From contig OX597822.1 of assembly GCA_951406725.2 (NCBI GenBank), positions 104,346,001 through 104,410,000 on the forward strand: a stretch of DNA of 64,000 nt. The letters are read 5' to 3'. Position 1 is the stretch's first letter; each line of letters begins with the position of its first letter. The notes beneath the pieces are model-generated. The model was not told the origin of the DNA, made no database searches, and saw only the letters and a list, made by a program, of their open reading frames with translations. Positions 1-14,880 of the stretch are shown here, piece after piece. The position numbers were made by a program, and so were the translations under genes. The DNA comes from Octopus vulgaris. Its lineage: Eukaryota.

Positions 1-16
1 TATATATATGTATGTG

Positions 17-48
<32 letters not shown>

Positions 49-52
49 TATG

Positions 53-103
<51 letters not shown>

Positions 104-113
104 ATATATATAT

Positions 114-189
<76 letters not shown>

Positions 190-218
190 ATATATATATA
201 TGTATATATATATATATG

Positions 219-255
<37 letters not shown>

Positions 256-310
256 TGTGTGTGTGTGTGTGTATATATATATACGCATATATTTATATAT
301 ATACATATGC

Positions 311-355
<45 letters not shown>

Positions 356-446
356 CTGTATATGTATGTATACATATACATCCATATATTCATACACGTA
401 TTTTATATATATATACATGTATGCATATACACATATGCATGTATGC

Positions 447-477
<31 letters not shown>

Positions 478-478
478 C
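1..478. repeat. (TA)n/(TATG)n compound microsatellite
   Basis: Direct reading; explains the YIYI ORFs at 8-578. Confidence 0.97.
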
Positions 479-686
479 GTTTCCTGCATTAACAGAACGC
501 CAGCCATTAACAGTTTACTCAATAGCCAAATTATCAATGAAATGCACAAATGAGAGGTTATTGTTATCAATGTCTTAGAAGCGCATTTGTTGACAGTTAA
601 GATATATTAGCAATAAACTGTGATGAGAGGAGAGGGAAGAGATAGAGAAATAGAGTCCGAGAGAAGGAGAGAAAGAAAGAAAGAGT

Positions 687-721
<35 letters not shown>

Positions 722-1549
722 TGAAAGGAAGTATCAAATGGGGAAATAGGATTAATGTGTATATGGAAACGGTTCAAAGATTAAACATTTCAATCGAAAA
801 CGGCGGTTCTTTAGATGTGTATTTTATTGCTTATCTGGAATATTACAGCTTGAACCAGCATTATTAATGGCGTAGAATAAAAAAAAAAAGAAATGAAAAC
901 CCGACAAACAATAAAAAGATATAATCCAGTTTCGTCAGATATTTCTTATTTTAGTTTGATTACACAACTTTGTGCATCATAAGGTAGTCCTATTTATTTA
1001 TTTTTTTCTCTAAAACATTAAAGCAAAGCCCTCGAAATAACGGCTCTGCAAAAATGGCTTCCACAATAACGGAAACTTCAAGCGTGTAGTACTATACAGA
1101 AAATAAGTAATCGTTCATCGCAGAAAACAGCTGGGCAACGAGATTGTTTTTTCTGTCGCTTCTGTCATTTCGAAAAAAAGGCTTAGATGTCTGCGTAGGT
1201 CGACTCTGCCTTGCATCCTTTCGGGGTCGTTGAAATAACTACTAGATAAACACTGGGGGTCGAATTATTCGACCTACTAAAATTTCCAGGCCTTGTGTCT
1301 ACAGTAGAATAGACTTTTATTCAAATTGCTGTACTTACTAGTTAAAAATTTGCCTGAATTTGTGAGAGGAGGAATTATTCATATTTTACGCAAATATTAT
1401 CAGACTAGTGTTACCATCTATGTTGTTATATTCACTGCAGTTCGACCGTTGTAGCCTTTAACCGTCTTCAGTTATTTGTAATATACGGTAACATTCTCGT
1501 AACTCGAAACAGGAATATTTTTTTATCCTAATGGGTAGATTTAACCAGA

Positions 1550-1594
<45 letters not shown>

Positions 1595-1607
<13 letters not shown>

Positions 1608-1938
1608 ATATTAGGGAATAAATCCAAATTTACAGGGAAAAATCAGATTTAGGATTGAATCCAATTTTATAGTAAAATATAATATAATATTAATTAGAGA
1701 CAAAACCACTATTATGCAAATCAAACAAAGAAAGTCTTAATCCAATACATAAAAACTTCATAGTTCAAAATTGCATAGAAGGTCTTGAAACCACCTGATG
1801 AATGTCCATTGAAGTGACAAGAAACGATCGTAGTGGATATCTTAATTAATCTTAATTATATCTAAGTTATATAAATTTTTTATGCATTGGATTAAGTCTT
1901 TCTTTGTTTGATTTGCATAATAGTGGTTTTGTCTCTAA

Positions 1939-1950
<12 letters not shown>
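1595..1950. mobile_element. Penelope-like pseudo-LTR element with inverted duplication, between (TA)n tracts
   Basis: Inverted arms ~1682-1755 / ~1876-1950; hammerhead in the spacer; (TA)n on both sides. Confidence 0.7.
1791..1836 (+). ncRNA. Minimal type-I hammerhead ribozyme
   Basis: ccac CTGATGA a-tgtc-cattgaagt-gaca-a GAAAC gatc GTA gtgg; stem I ccac/gtgg, palindromic stem III acgatcgt. Confidence 0.8.
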
Positions 1951-1981
<31 letters not shown>

Positions 1982-2664
1982 AAAGATAATGCGAAACCCA
2001 GGAAAACTCATGTTGTTCTACGTTGCGTTGCCACAACTTTATTATTTGGTAAAAGTTATACCAAACGTACACCGCAATTGCTTGGGGAGTAGAGTATACA
2101 ACGCTACGGACAGGGTAGATCTTTACCGTGAGAAAGGGCTCATTTCGAAACGTCGAATACATCTCAGCAATTTCACTGTCGCTTTCGTCTCCTCTCTCTT
2201 GTCTGTATATCTGCCTATATTAGCATAGCTATTACATTAACGTACTAACTCCAGTCGTGTGTCTGTCGTTTTGGTCAAGCAACCAATCGGTCTCCATATT
2301 AGTACATCAAACAGAACAAATGATATCACCCTTGCATCAATTGATTTCAAGCTAATTATAATATCACGTTCAACTGACTGCCATCTTCGTGCTACCATTT
2401 CAGTCTGTGGCATCACCTACAATGTTTATGCAGAAAGGACCTTATGTAAATGAGCAGCCAAATAATTTTTCTGTATTCTATGTTGAAACGGCCCTGATGA
2501 AACTACTGCTGGTGTTGTTGCGCAATATATTACATGTTATGCATGACAAATCTTTATTATCACCTACGACTATAGACATGATGCATGATTGCCCTCTTAA
2601 ATTGTTGGGACAATGTTAAACTATGGAATACAAGATATACATAAAATTCCACTCTTCTTTATTT

Positions 2665-2845
<181 letters not shown>

Positions 2846-3176
2846 GTACACTGCTTGACTGGTTCAGAAACTGAACTAAACAACTTCACTTAATTGTTGA
2901 TAGAAAATCAATGCTTGTATTCAGTTATAGTTTAGCCGGTTGGCTTGAAAATTCGCTTCCTGGGTTGCTTAATCTACATGTACTTTGGTTCAGTATACAC
3001 TGTATGGCTGAATGGGTAAGAAGTTCCTTTTGCAGCCACGAAGTTCCATGTTCAGTCCCACGACGTAGCATCTTGAGCAAATGTCCTTCATTGTATTCTT
3101 GGCTCAACTTATATCTTGTAAGTGAAACTGGATGAACAGAAAGTATATAGATGCCCGTCAAGTAGATTGTATATCA

Positions 3177-3190
3177 ACATCATCATCATC

Positions 3191-3238
<48 letters not shown>

Positions 3239-3680
3239 GTTTAACGTCCATTTCCATGCTGGCATGTGTTGGACGGTTTGACCGGGGTCTGGGAAGCCAG
3301 GAGGCTGCGCCAGGCCCCAGTCTGATCTGGTAGTGTTTCTACAGCTGGATTCCATTCCTAATGCCAAACACTCCGTGAGTGTAGTGGGTGCTTTTTACGT
3401 GCCACCAGCACAGGGATCAGAGGAGGCTGGCAAACGGTCACGATCTGTTGGTGCTTATTATGTGTCACCGACGCGGACGCCAGTCAGGCGGCGCTGGCAT
3501 CAGTCACGTTCTGATGGAGTTTTTACGTGCCACCGGCACGGGTATCTTCACTACAGTTTCCATTTGATTTTTATTTTGATGTTGGTGTTGACGTACTTGA
3601 CTCAATAGGTCTCCTCCAGAACAGCAGGTCACTCTACGAACCAAGGTTAGCACAGCAGGCCGTCCTGCGAGTCATGAACT
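3177..3680 (-). mobile_element. Retroposon 3' end (RTE-like tail) ending in (GAT)n
   Basis: Minus strand ends ...gcatggaaatggacgttaaacgatgatgat; related diverged copy at ~42690-42930 (+). Confidence 0.55.
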
Positions 3681-4871
3681 CAATTTAAAAGATGCAGCAT
3701 TGTACCACAGTTGAACATGTTGATTCTCCCGGAGAATTACGTTAGAGGTAGACGTGTCTGTGAAATGTTCTGTCGTTTATACGTTAATCCAGGATTAATT
3801 TAGTTGATCGATCAATTAATCTTCGTTATCGAACGAGGAAGGTCCACTTGATACTGCTACTCTAGTTGAAGAACAACAGGAAAATGCCATTATTAGTAAG
3901 AGGATAACAAGTAGAAAATATACCTGGTATGGACAACAGAACGGCAACAATCTAACCCGTGGTTTTGATAATAAATACTTCGGTTCGAGATTCTGAGATT
4001 ATTGAAAAGGACAGGCAACTGAAGGAGGCCGGGTGGAATAACAGCCAAAATGATGTTTCTATAACAGTTATGAAAAAAAAAAAAAAAACACCAGTCCGAA
4101 TTTATCAGTTTAGGATGCTGGTTTTAAATTTTGGCACAAGACCAGTTAGTTCAGGCGAGGGGATGAGTCGGTTACATCTACCCCAGTATTCAACTGGTAC
4201 TTATTTTATCAACTCCGAAAGGATTAAAAGCAAAGTCGACCTCGGCGGAATTTAAACTCAGAATGTGAAGATGGACGCAATGCTGGTATCAGTTTATAAT
4301 ATTGAACAGTATTATCTTTCAAGCCAAGCGAGTGAACAAATGTTTGAACCAACTGCGAAATGACGAGCTTTTGTTCCTGTTGTTTGGCCTAATGTACCCT
4401 TCCCAAAATAAATCTACGATCAAAGGTTTTCCAGCTATTGATTATGCAATCTATAACTACACGATTTCATTTTATTTTTAATTTTCAAGACGATAGGGTG
4501 TGATTTAAAAAAGAAAAAAAATGGTTACTATTTCCAGCTTCCGGGCAAATTGCATCCAGGTCACCTCTTCATCAATTTGCATTACAACATAAATTTTCCT
4601 TTGGTTTCACTTTCATAAACTGTATTTCAAACTAAAGTACAGCCAATACACTGACCGTGCCTGGAATGCTTCCAGAATTCTAAGCCACTCAAACCATAAA
4701 TTACAACAATTAGCAACTAATGAAAACACTGGTGAATTAGTAGAGTCGTTTGAGCGTCGGACTGCCGACGCTTTGCAATATTTATTTCGGCTTTTTGCGT
4801 TCTGATTTCAATTCCTGACGTAATCAAATTTGACATTTCTCCTTCTGGTATTGACTTATAGAGCACCAGTC

Positions 4872-5217
4872 GCGGTCATAGGATCGCGGTTTCGATTCCC
4901 AGACCGGGCGTTGTGAGTGTTTATTTGAGCGAAAACACCGAAAGCTCCACGAGGCTCCGGCAGGGGATGGTGGTGATCCCTGCTGTACTCTTTCACCACA
5001 ACTTTTTCTCACTCTTACTTCCTGTTTCTGTTGTACCTGTATTTCAAAGAGCCGGCCTTGTCACTCTCTGTGTCACGCTGAATATCCCCGAGAACTACGT
5101 TAAGGGTACACGTGTCTATGGAGTGCTCAGCCACTTACACGTTAATTTCACGAGCAGGCTGTTCCGTGGATTCGGATCAACCGGAACCCTCGTCGTCGTA
5201 ACCGACGGAGTGCTTCC
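4872..5217 (+). mobile_element. tRNA-derived SINE, family C (tail 1), 5'-truncated
   Basis: B-box-like ggtttcgattccc; 14-bp TSD atagagcaccagtc (4858-4871 / 5218-5231); near-identical to 20917-21287. Confidence 0.9.
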
Positions 5218-6000
5218 ATAGAGCACCAGTCTATAAGTCAGTCAGAGAGGTGAAATGGTGGAATCGGTAGAGCCTCGGGGTAGAATGCCTTAAGGAATTT
5301 GTTCCAGCTCTTTGTGTCCTGAGTTCAAACCATGCCAAAGATTACTTGGGGCGGACAACTCGTCATCCGGTTTAACACCCCTCTGTGACCTCTTGAGTAT
5401 CTTTAGCGGACGCTATATCAGGAGAATACAATGGGTGTGGCAGAACTTTCCAACCGACGTAAGAGCGAACGCTGTTGTGTCCTGATGTGTTGCCGGTCGG
5501 GTTGCTTGAAGTGAAAGTGGCAGGCGACAATGTCATGAGAGCATCCTAAATTCTGGACCATTTTCTTACTGGATTGGTGCGTATCTCCATGGTTACTTCT
5601 TTTTGAATATTTTTTGTGCTTTTGGTTAATTCAAATTAGAAAGAAACGAACGAATTTATCAGTCAACGCAGTATCTACACGCACACACACACATATATAT
5701 ATATATCCGTTGGGTATTGAACTCAGAACGTAAAAGTCTAAATAAATGCTGCAAGGCGTTGGCAGTCCGGCGCCCTAACGACTCTGCCAATTCACCATTA
5801 TTTTAATTAGCTGCTAATTGTTGCAATTTATGGGTCGTTTTTCTTAGAATTCTGGAAGAATTCTAGGTACGGTCAACGTATTGGCTGTATAAGTTGGAAT
5901 CGGAGTCTAAGTTTGAATATTTTGAGCACTGCTAAGTGTCTTCTATACTGAGAATCTCTGGATCTCCTCTTTTGACTATATATATATATATATATATTTT

Positions 6001-6310
6001 AGACCCCCTTCGATCACGACACAGACCATGGGATTGCACCTAGAAATTTACCCTCCTAGACACAAGTCCGGGCACGGTTGTTTATGGAAGACCAGCAGTC
6101 GCCCATGCATACCAGCCTCCCCTCTCCAGGCCACCCGTGTTATCCAAGGGAAAGACAAAGGTCGATACAGCTTGGCACCAGTGACGTCGCAACTCATTTC
6201 TGCAGCTGAGTGAACTGGAGCAACATGAAATAAAGTGCCTTGCTCAAGAACACAACACGCAGCCCGGTCCGGGATTCGAGCTCACAACCTCACGATCGTA
6301 AGCTCGATGC

Positions 6311-6315
<5 letters not shown>
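6001..6315 (-). mobile_element. tRNA-derived SINE, family E
   Basis: Minus-strand B-box-like gctcgaatcccgg; homologous to 10590-10915; flanked by (TA)n. Confidence 0.8.
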
Positions 6316-6358
<43 letters not shown>

Positions 6359-6368
6359 ATATGTATAA

Positions 6369-6850
6369 ATATTACATTTCTAAATATCTCAGAGATATAT
6401 ATGCAGTAGTGGTACGATAGTGTAGTTGTATACTGTCAACTTAATGTGACAGTCCCATGAAGGGAATCACACCACTGCAATTTAGCCCTAGGAAGCATCA
6501 ACGCTACCACTACTGCTTATATCTCTCTGAGATATTTAAAAATGTATTATTTCTATTTTTGTAATCAGTGGATATATTTCACTAGAACTCTTATATGTTT
6601 ACAAGGCCTAGACAAGTATCTTCAGCTAGCAGGCCTCTGCTACTCCAGACTGATGACGAGCAAAGACTCAGAAACTAGCCCCTGGATGCAGGCTTGGATT
6701 GGTGGAGGTGCTTGTCTCCCTTTTGTAAACACAAGGACACAGGAAATGTGTCAAGGCCGACAGGAAGCGTTGATGCTTCCTAGGGCTAAATAGCAGTGGT
6801 GTGATTCCCTTCATGGGACTGTCACATTAAGTTGACAGTATACAACTACA
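6369..6850. mobile_element. Penelope-like pseudo-LTR element with two interleaved inverted repeats
   Basis: Arms A 6369-6415 / A' 6506-6552 and B 6421-6506 / B' 6767-6850; hammerhead at 6644-6686. Confidence 0.7.
6644..6686 (+). ncRNA. Hammerhead ribozyme motif, probably inactive (cleavage triplet GCC)
   Basis: tccaga CTGATGA c-gag-caaaga-ctc-a GAAAC ta GCC cctgga. Confidence 0.65.
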
Positions 6851-6893
6851 ATATATAGATAAATAAATAAATAAATAAATAAATAAATATATA

Positions 6894-7405
6894 TCTATAT
6901 ATATAAAACTCTAGTTGTGTGAGTGTCTGTCCCCTTCGATTTAGATTCCTAACTCCTCCCACATTTTGCGGTGCAGTTTAACCAAATTCGGGTATCTTAT
7001 AGTCGTGATTCATATCGAGCTCGTCTGACTATTAGCGCGCGTCAACGATGAGTCTACGATTTTAAAAATAATTTAACATCATTTTTTATTCCATTTTAAT
7101 GCATAAAATGCATCGTGTGTCGATGGCGGCGGAGTTGGCGTCCACGCTCACAGCTGCACCTGTTTGCTTCTCCCCCTTCCCTCCCTCGTGAAGCTGTGGG
7201 GAAGGGAGTGTAAAGAAATCAACGTCGTAATGCGTTGTGAAGGAGACCAGCGTTCTTTTAGAACAACGACTTCATGGCTTGAAGACACCAAAACAAAAAT
7301 GGCTAAGAAAGCACGAATTGGCATCTATAAGGGAAGTAACTCTCTAAAAATGCTTATATAGTTATTTCCCTTGCAAACCCGAGCAACGCCGGGCGATACT
7401 GCTAG
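6894..7405 (+). mobile_element. Non-autonomous Helitron
   Basis: 5' TC(TATATATATAAA), 3' GC-rich hairpin cccgagcaacgccggg then CTAG; inserted between A and T; homologous to 27226-27623. Confidence 0.85.
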
Positions 7406-7537
7406 TATATATATATATATATATTCATTCCCACCCTAACATTAGACTATTTTATATAGTCAATAGACGGTGACGGCTTATAATTCTATTTACGATATAC
7501 ACATACACATACATGCATACACGCACATGCGTACATT

Positions 7538-7575
<38 letters not shown>

Positions 7576-8059
7576 ACTCTTCATTCAATTACAACGTGTC
7601 TCATAGTACACTGCTATTGTTCGTAAAGAAAAATTACGAACATTAATGAGTGGTAGCTGTCATCTCTTAGTTTTCAATGGTCAGACATTAATTGGATGTG
7701 AACCAATAACACACTTAAATGACCTTGAGGTTGACTTCATTATATTTGCTTTCACCGGGTTCACTTGTATAGAAATTGCTTCATAAGAAAGCCATAAAGA
7801 ACATATGTTTCCATTAAAATTTATCTTTAACTTTCATGTTGGACTGAATTATAAAATAAAATGTGACTGTTATGAAGATTAAAGATCAATTTCAATCAAT
7901 TTTATGCATTAAGTTTATTAGCTTAATTTCTAATTTATATTAAACAATACCCGGTAGCTCTTCCGGTAATGATATAAGCATTATTGAATAACGAATAATA
8001 TTTATAAACTATAATTGTTATATATAATGAAGATGGTTTCGCTAGATAAAATACTTAAC

Positions 8060-8466
8060 GGCGCAGGAGTGGCTGTGTGGTAAGTAGCTTCCTAACCAAC
8101 CACATGATTCCGGGTTCAGTCCCACTGCGTGGCATCTTGGGCAAGTGTCTTCTGCTATAGTCCCGGGCCGACCAATGCCTTGTGAGTGGATTTGGTAGAC
8201 GGAAACTGAAAGAAGCCTGTCGTATATATGTATGTATGTGTGTGTGTGTTTGAGTGTCTGTGTTTGTCCCCCAAGCATCGCTTGACAACCGATGCTGGTG
8301 TGTTAACGTCCCCGTAACTTAGCGGTTCGGCAAAAGAGACCGATAGAATAAGTACTGGGCTCACAAAGAATAAGTCCTGGGGTCGATTTGCTCGACTAAA
8401 GGCGGTGCTCCAGCATGGCCGAGGTCAAATGACTGAAACAAGTTAAAGAGTAAAAGAGTAAAAGAG
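8060..8466 (+). mobile_element. tRNA-derived SINE, family B (CORE-like centre, internal (TG)n, (TAAAAGAG)n tail)
   Basis: tggctgtgtggtaag ... gggttcagtccc ... ttgggcaagtgtcttct; multiple copies in the window. Confidence 0.9.
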
Positions 8467-9563
8467 AACGGCATTTGTTGCCGCTCGTTACGCCACTCTT
8501 TACGTTCGAATTTAGCCGAGGTCCTGATTGATTTTCATCTTTTTGAGATCGATAAGATAAGTAACATTGGAGCCAATGTATTCGACTGTCTCCTCTCGTG
8601 AAAATTATTGACCTTCGGGTAAAATTAGAAATAATTCTGAAGGTGATTAATTGGCTGAATGATTAGAACATGAAATAGATACGTTGCTGTATTTGTGGCA
8701 TCTGTTGGTGTTCTGGGTTCAAATCCATCCGAGGACAATCTCATTGTTCAAATCCATCCGAGGACAATCTCATAGATAAAACAAATCCTCTCTGTCAGAG
8801 TCTATTCTGCTGTGACAAGGATGTGGGGGAATTATTCTAAGACTATTTTTTCCCAAGATAACCGCTTCCACTATCGCAGGGTAGGAATTAGGTTGCTAAG
8901 TAAGGCGCATGATGATGATGATAAAATAGACAAAGGAAAATCAAACAAACATGAGAGTTCTTACTAGGGGAATTAATTTTCTTCATATAATATTAATCGT
9001 TAAGCTCCGTATATATTGTAACAAATTTTTAAAATTAAATTAAAAAAAAATAATAACCAAGTAATTATACAAAAGGGAATTAACGTAAGATTATAATAAT
9101 CCTTTACCAGTGTTATTTGTAATTAGGTTGATCAATAAAATGAAATATAAACATTTATAAGATACGGAAAAAATTAAGAAAGTGTGTAACAATTCATTGT
9201 AAGAAGAGAAATATCTGGAGAGTATGCATCCGAATTGAAATAACTCTCGGCTGTTTCATTTTTAATTATTTTGTATTAAGTATATATTTAGTTTCATGTC
9301 TGATAGAAATAGAATGGCGCTTTTCTTTTTAGTTCGTTTCATTGCATATGGAAGTAGGAAAAAAAGAGAAAGTACTCATGTATTTGGACTTAACTAAACG
9401 GTACATTCTTAAATTAATCCGATTTTACTTGAGAACAGCGAAAAATAGAGAATTAAGTAAATAAAATGACAGAATAGATTCCATTGAATAGTTACTTCTT
9501 TTACACGTTTTGATTGACATCACATCAACACAAGTTGTTCTCATAAAGTAGATAAAGGTTTTC

Positions 9564-9566
<3 letters not shown>

Positions 9567-9635
<69 letters not shown>
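9567..9635. repeat. (GA)n microsatellite
   Basis: Direct reading. Confidence 0.97.
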
Positions 9636-9642
<7 letters not shown>

Positions 9643-10262
9643 TAAATAGATACTGATAGTCAGTGACCTTTTGTAATTATAATCTGTTAGAATTTGATAA
9701 AGATAAATGATAAGATAAAATCGATTGGTTTTAGTGGGTTAAAACTTCTAGAAAATATTTTGACGATGGAAAGTGAACTACGATAATTATCTCAGAGAGT
9801 GAAAAGAAGAAAAAAAAAAAAGAAAAAAAGAAAAGAAAAAAATGAAGAAAAAGAAAAGAAAAGAAAAGAAAAAATGAAAAATAAAAAATAAAATAACGAA
9901 GTAAAGATTGTTCAGAATAAATCGAATCACTATAAATAATATTGATTCTGCTTAGCAAGAAGAAAATTGGCGACTAAACATACTGCAATCACTTTGGAGC
10001 ATGAAAATAACGAAAGCTGATTAAAAAGAAACGATTTCTTTAACTAATACAATTCTATGAAGTCAAACGCTATGATTTTGTAGTTAAAAAAATTTCACAA
10101 TTTTTCAATTTTCACCTGATAAAGGATAAATATAAATGTCAACAAGTCGAAGGATATTTTTGATTTTTTTAAAAAACTTTCATATTGCATCATATTCACC
10201 AGAATGCAATGTCTTAGCAGTATAGAGAAATATCTGAGTGTGTGTGTGTGTATCTATCTTTT

Positions 10263-10324
<62 letters not shown>

Positions 10325-10589
10325 CGACCCCAGTGACTTACCACTGGCGATTTTTTTCCTATGTACTTATTCTATCGGGATCTTTCGAACCGTCTCCTAT
10401 GTTACAGACGAAACACACTCCGCTCAATAAAAACGTTAACACCACTCCTTCTTCCAGACTTCTTTCCTGAGCGTCTACAATAACTCACTTTATTTGTTCC
10501 ACGTCCTCACGTTACTGTGTTTTTTTATATATTTAGTGTTTTCTTGTTTGGATTAATATATATATATATATATATATATATACTTAAAA

Positions 10590-10915
10590 GGATAAAGACC
10601 CCCTTCGGTCATAAATAGGGTTGCACTCAGTTATCCTCTGAGGCACAAGTCCAAGCAAGGTTGTTTATGGAAGACCAGTAGTCGTCCATCCATACCAACC
10701 TTCCCTTTCTGCGCCACCAATGGTTTCCAAGGGAAAAGCAAAGACCGATACAGCTTTGCACCTGTGACGTCGCAACTCATTTCTTCAGCTGAGTGAACTG
10801 GAGCAACATGAAATAAAGTGTCTTCCTAAAGAACACTCACACATACCGGTCCGGGAATCGTACTCTCTACCTCATAATTGTGAACCCGATGCTCTAACTA
10901 CCGAGACATCGCCTT
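10590..10915 (-). mobile_element. SINE family E, diverged copy
   Basis: Colinear similarity to 6001-6315. Confidence 0.75.
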
Positions 10916-11154
10916 GCAACCTAAAGTTTCGTAGGCTTGTTGCAGGAACGTAGCTCATTGGACTAAGGGAGCCGAATGCAGAGTTGTAGGAAGCCTAGGA
11001 TATCCTACAACTCTTTCATCAAATACTGATGAAAATGTAAATATGCACGCTTATGCATAAGTATCCCCATGAAAATACATGCACACTCATATAAACAAGT
11101 ATTTACATATGTGTATATGTGTGTGCATATATATGTATATATTTCTCTCTCACT

Positions 11155-12430
<1,276 letters not shown>

Positions 12431-12473
12431 CATACCTGGTATAAGGTGAGCACAAGGGTGTACGTACGCCGCA

Positions 12474-12553
<80 letters not shown>

Positions 12554-12554
12554 G

Positions 12555-12647
<93 letters not shown>
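12474..12647. repeat. (TATC)n microsatellite
   Basis: Direct reading. Confidence 0.97.
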
Positions 12648-13073
12648 AAATGGAACCAAAGCGCAACAGAGTACTAGACCTCTTTGTTAGAAAGCTAGCG
12701 AATGTGTATGGCAACAGATAGACAACACAAAGGTAAAAGACATAGAACATGGTTTATATATATATATATATATATATAAATACAGACAAGTCATATATGG
12801 TCTTATACTATAATAAATATTAGGGAATGAATCCAGAAATCAGACCATTTCGGGTTAAATCAATTTTATAGTAAAATTTGAATATAGTTCGATCAAAACC
12901 ACTATTTTGGTTGTCCCCCCATAAAATTTAATATAAGCTAATAAAGTATTAGACCCCTTTGTAAGAAATCTTCAGCGAATGTCGGTATGGCAACATGAAG
13001 ACATTTGTAGTGGCGGTTTAAATTTATATTAAAATTTTAATTGATTAAAAAAATAGAACATGGTTTTGTCTCG

Positions 13074-13107
<34 letters not shown>

Positions 13108-13110
<3 letters not shown>

Positions 13111-13133
13111 TCTCGTTGCCGTTCATCAGACAC
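13108..13133 (-). ncRNA. Truncated hammerhead motif abutting (TA)n
   Basis: Reverse complement: gtgt CTGATGA a-cg-gcaa-cg-a GAAAC then (TA)n; same family as 55633-55670. Confidence 0.55.
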
Positions 13134-13564
13134 GCACACAATTATAAATATATATGTCCAAAAAATAAGCACACTCTAAAGAATAGAGCAGTAATGCCTT
13201 TGGCTTTAGAGACACTTGCCGAAGGATACTACGCTATGGGGTTGAACCCGGAACCATATAGTTGGGACACAAGCTTCTTACCACACAACCTCATGTATAT
13301 GTGTGTATGTATGCGTTTGCGTGCGTGTGTGTGTCTGTGTATGATATAAAGTAAAGTTATGATATAAGGTAGAGTCAACTTAAGCGGCCTTTGACCCGAG
13401 AACGTAAGGGAACGCGGTGAACCTCGACGAAGATACCACGTCTGGAACGCTTTTGATTATCAGTGGCCTTGATCAGCACTGAACAAGGGATGGAGGACTG
13501 CAAAACATTATCATCACCACTACCACCACCACCTCCACCACTACCATCATGGTCATCGTCGAAA

Positions 13565-13724
<160 letters not shown>

Positions 13725-13759
13725 TTACAATAAGAAGAACAGCAACTATTGCTTCTACC

Positions 13760-14530
13760 ACCTCCTGGGAATAAACTTTGCACGAATTTTGCGCATGTTC
13801 AGATCTTCATGAATGATTCTGTTTGCAGTTGTCACACCAACTCCAGACTGGATGCTTATCATCTTTATAAACGCAGACGGCCCTTCATCCTGAAAACTGC
13901 GAATTTTCTCAACCAGCTTTGAGGTTGTGAACGCTCCTCTCTCTCCCACACCTCTCATCGACCCACACCTCCTCTCTACAAAGGAAAAACTTAAGCCCAT
14001 AAGCAGCCCATAACAAGTTTCTGTAGCGGTTGTGTCCACCAGCGGCGAGCTGGCAGAAACGTTAGCACGCCGAGCGAAATGCTTAGCGGTATTTCGTCTG
14101 CGTTACGTTGTGAGTTCAAATTCCGCCGAGGTCGACTTTGCCTTTCATTCTTTCGGGGTCGATAAATATAGTACCAGTTACACATTGGGGTCGATGTAAT
14201 CGACTTAATACCTATGTCTGTCCTTATTTGTCCCCTCTGTGTTTAGCCCCTTGTGGGTAATATAGGTTGTGTCCACCAGCGTAACTCAAAAATCTATTGC
14301 ATAGCGATCTTTGAAATGTCTTGTCTGCATTCTGCAAAGGTCATCTCTGCCGAGTCATCTGTGTTCAACAGGTTGTGTTCAGAGAGGCTATTGTAGCCGT
14401 CTTCTTCAATCTGGAATTACAAAAATAGGGAAGTCAGCTTACAACAAGTATGGTAATGATGCACTAAAATGACAATAAGTTAGTATTGTTATAACTGCCT
14501 CTGCTCAAAAAAGTTTCGAAACTTTTGGAA
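13760..14530 (-). pseudogene. Decayed mariner transposase fragment interrupted by a SINE
   Basis: IIHEDLNMRKIRAKFIPR resembles the mariner HTH-linker (WVPxxL region). Confidence 0.55.
14041..14264 (+). mobile_element. tRNA-derived SINE family A (tail A1), monomer
   Basis: gagctggcag...gagttcaaattcc head; gcctttcattctttcggggtcgataaa centre; 13-bp TSD ggttgtgtccacc (14028-14040 / 14265-14277). Confidence 0.9.
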
Positions 14531-14541
14531 TGCATTTCTTT

Positions 14542-14720
14542 ACACACACACACACGCACACGCACACACACACACACGCGCGCACACGCACACATGCACA
14601 CACACACACGCAAACACACACACATACACACACACACACGCGCACTCACACACACACGCACACGCACACACACGCACACGCGCGCACACACACACGCACA
14701 CACACACACACACACACGCA

Positions 14721-14776
<56 letters not shown>

Positions 14777-14880
14777 CACACACACGCACACACACACACA
14801 CACGCACACGCACACGCACACACACACACACGCACACGCACACATACACACACACACACACACTAACACACACACACACA
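14542..14880. repeat. (CA)n/(CACG)n microsatellite
   Basis: Direct reading. Confidence 0.97.

Noticed and set aside
8-578. Long YI/VC/TH/poly-amino-acid ORFs here and throughout the window
   Set aside because: Translations of microsatellites with no coding signal.
2120-2165. cgtgagaaaggg-ctca-tttc-GAAACGTC as a hammerhead
   Set aside because: No recognisable CUGANGA and a weak stem I.
8717-8773. 28-bp tandem duplication
   Set aside because: Local duplication inside a decayed SINE; only two units, no array.
10980-11030. Hairpin agagttgtagga/tcctacaactct next to (T/C)TGATGA words
   Set aside because: No GAAA-stem III-UH in the correct position.
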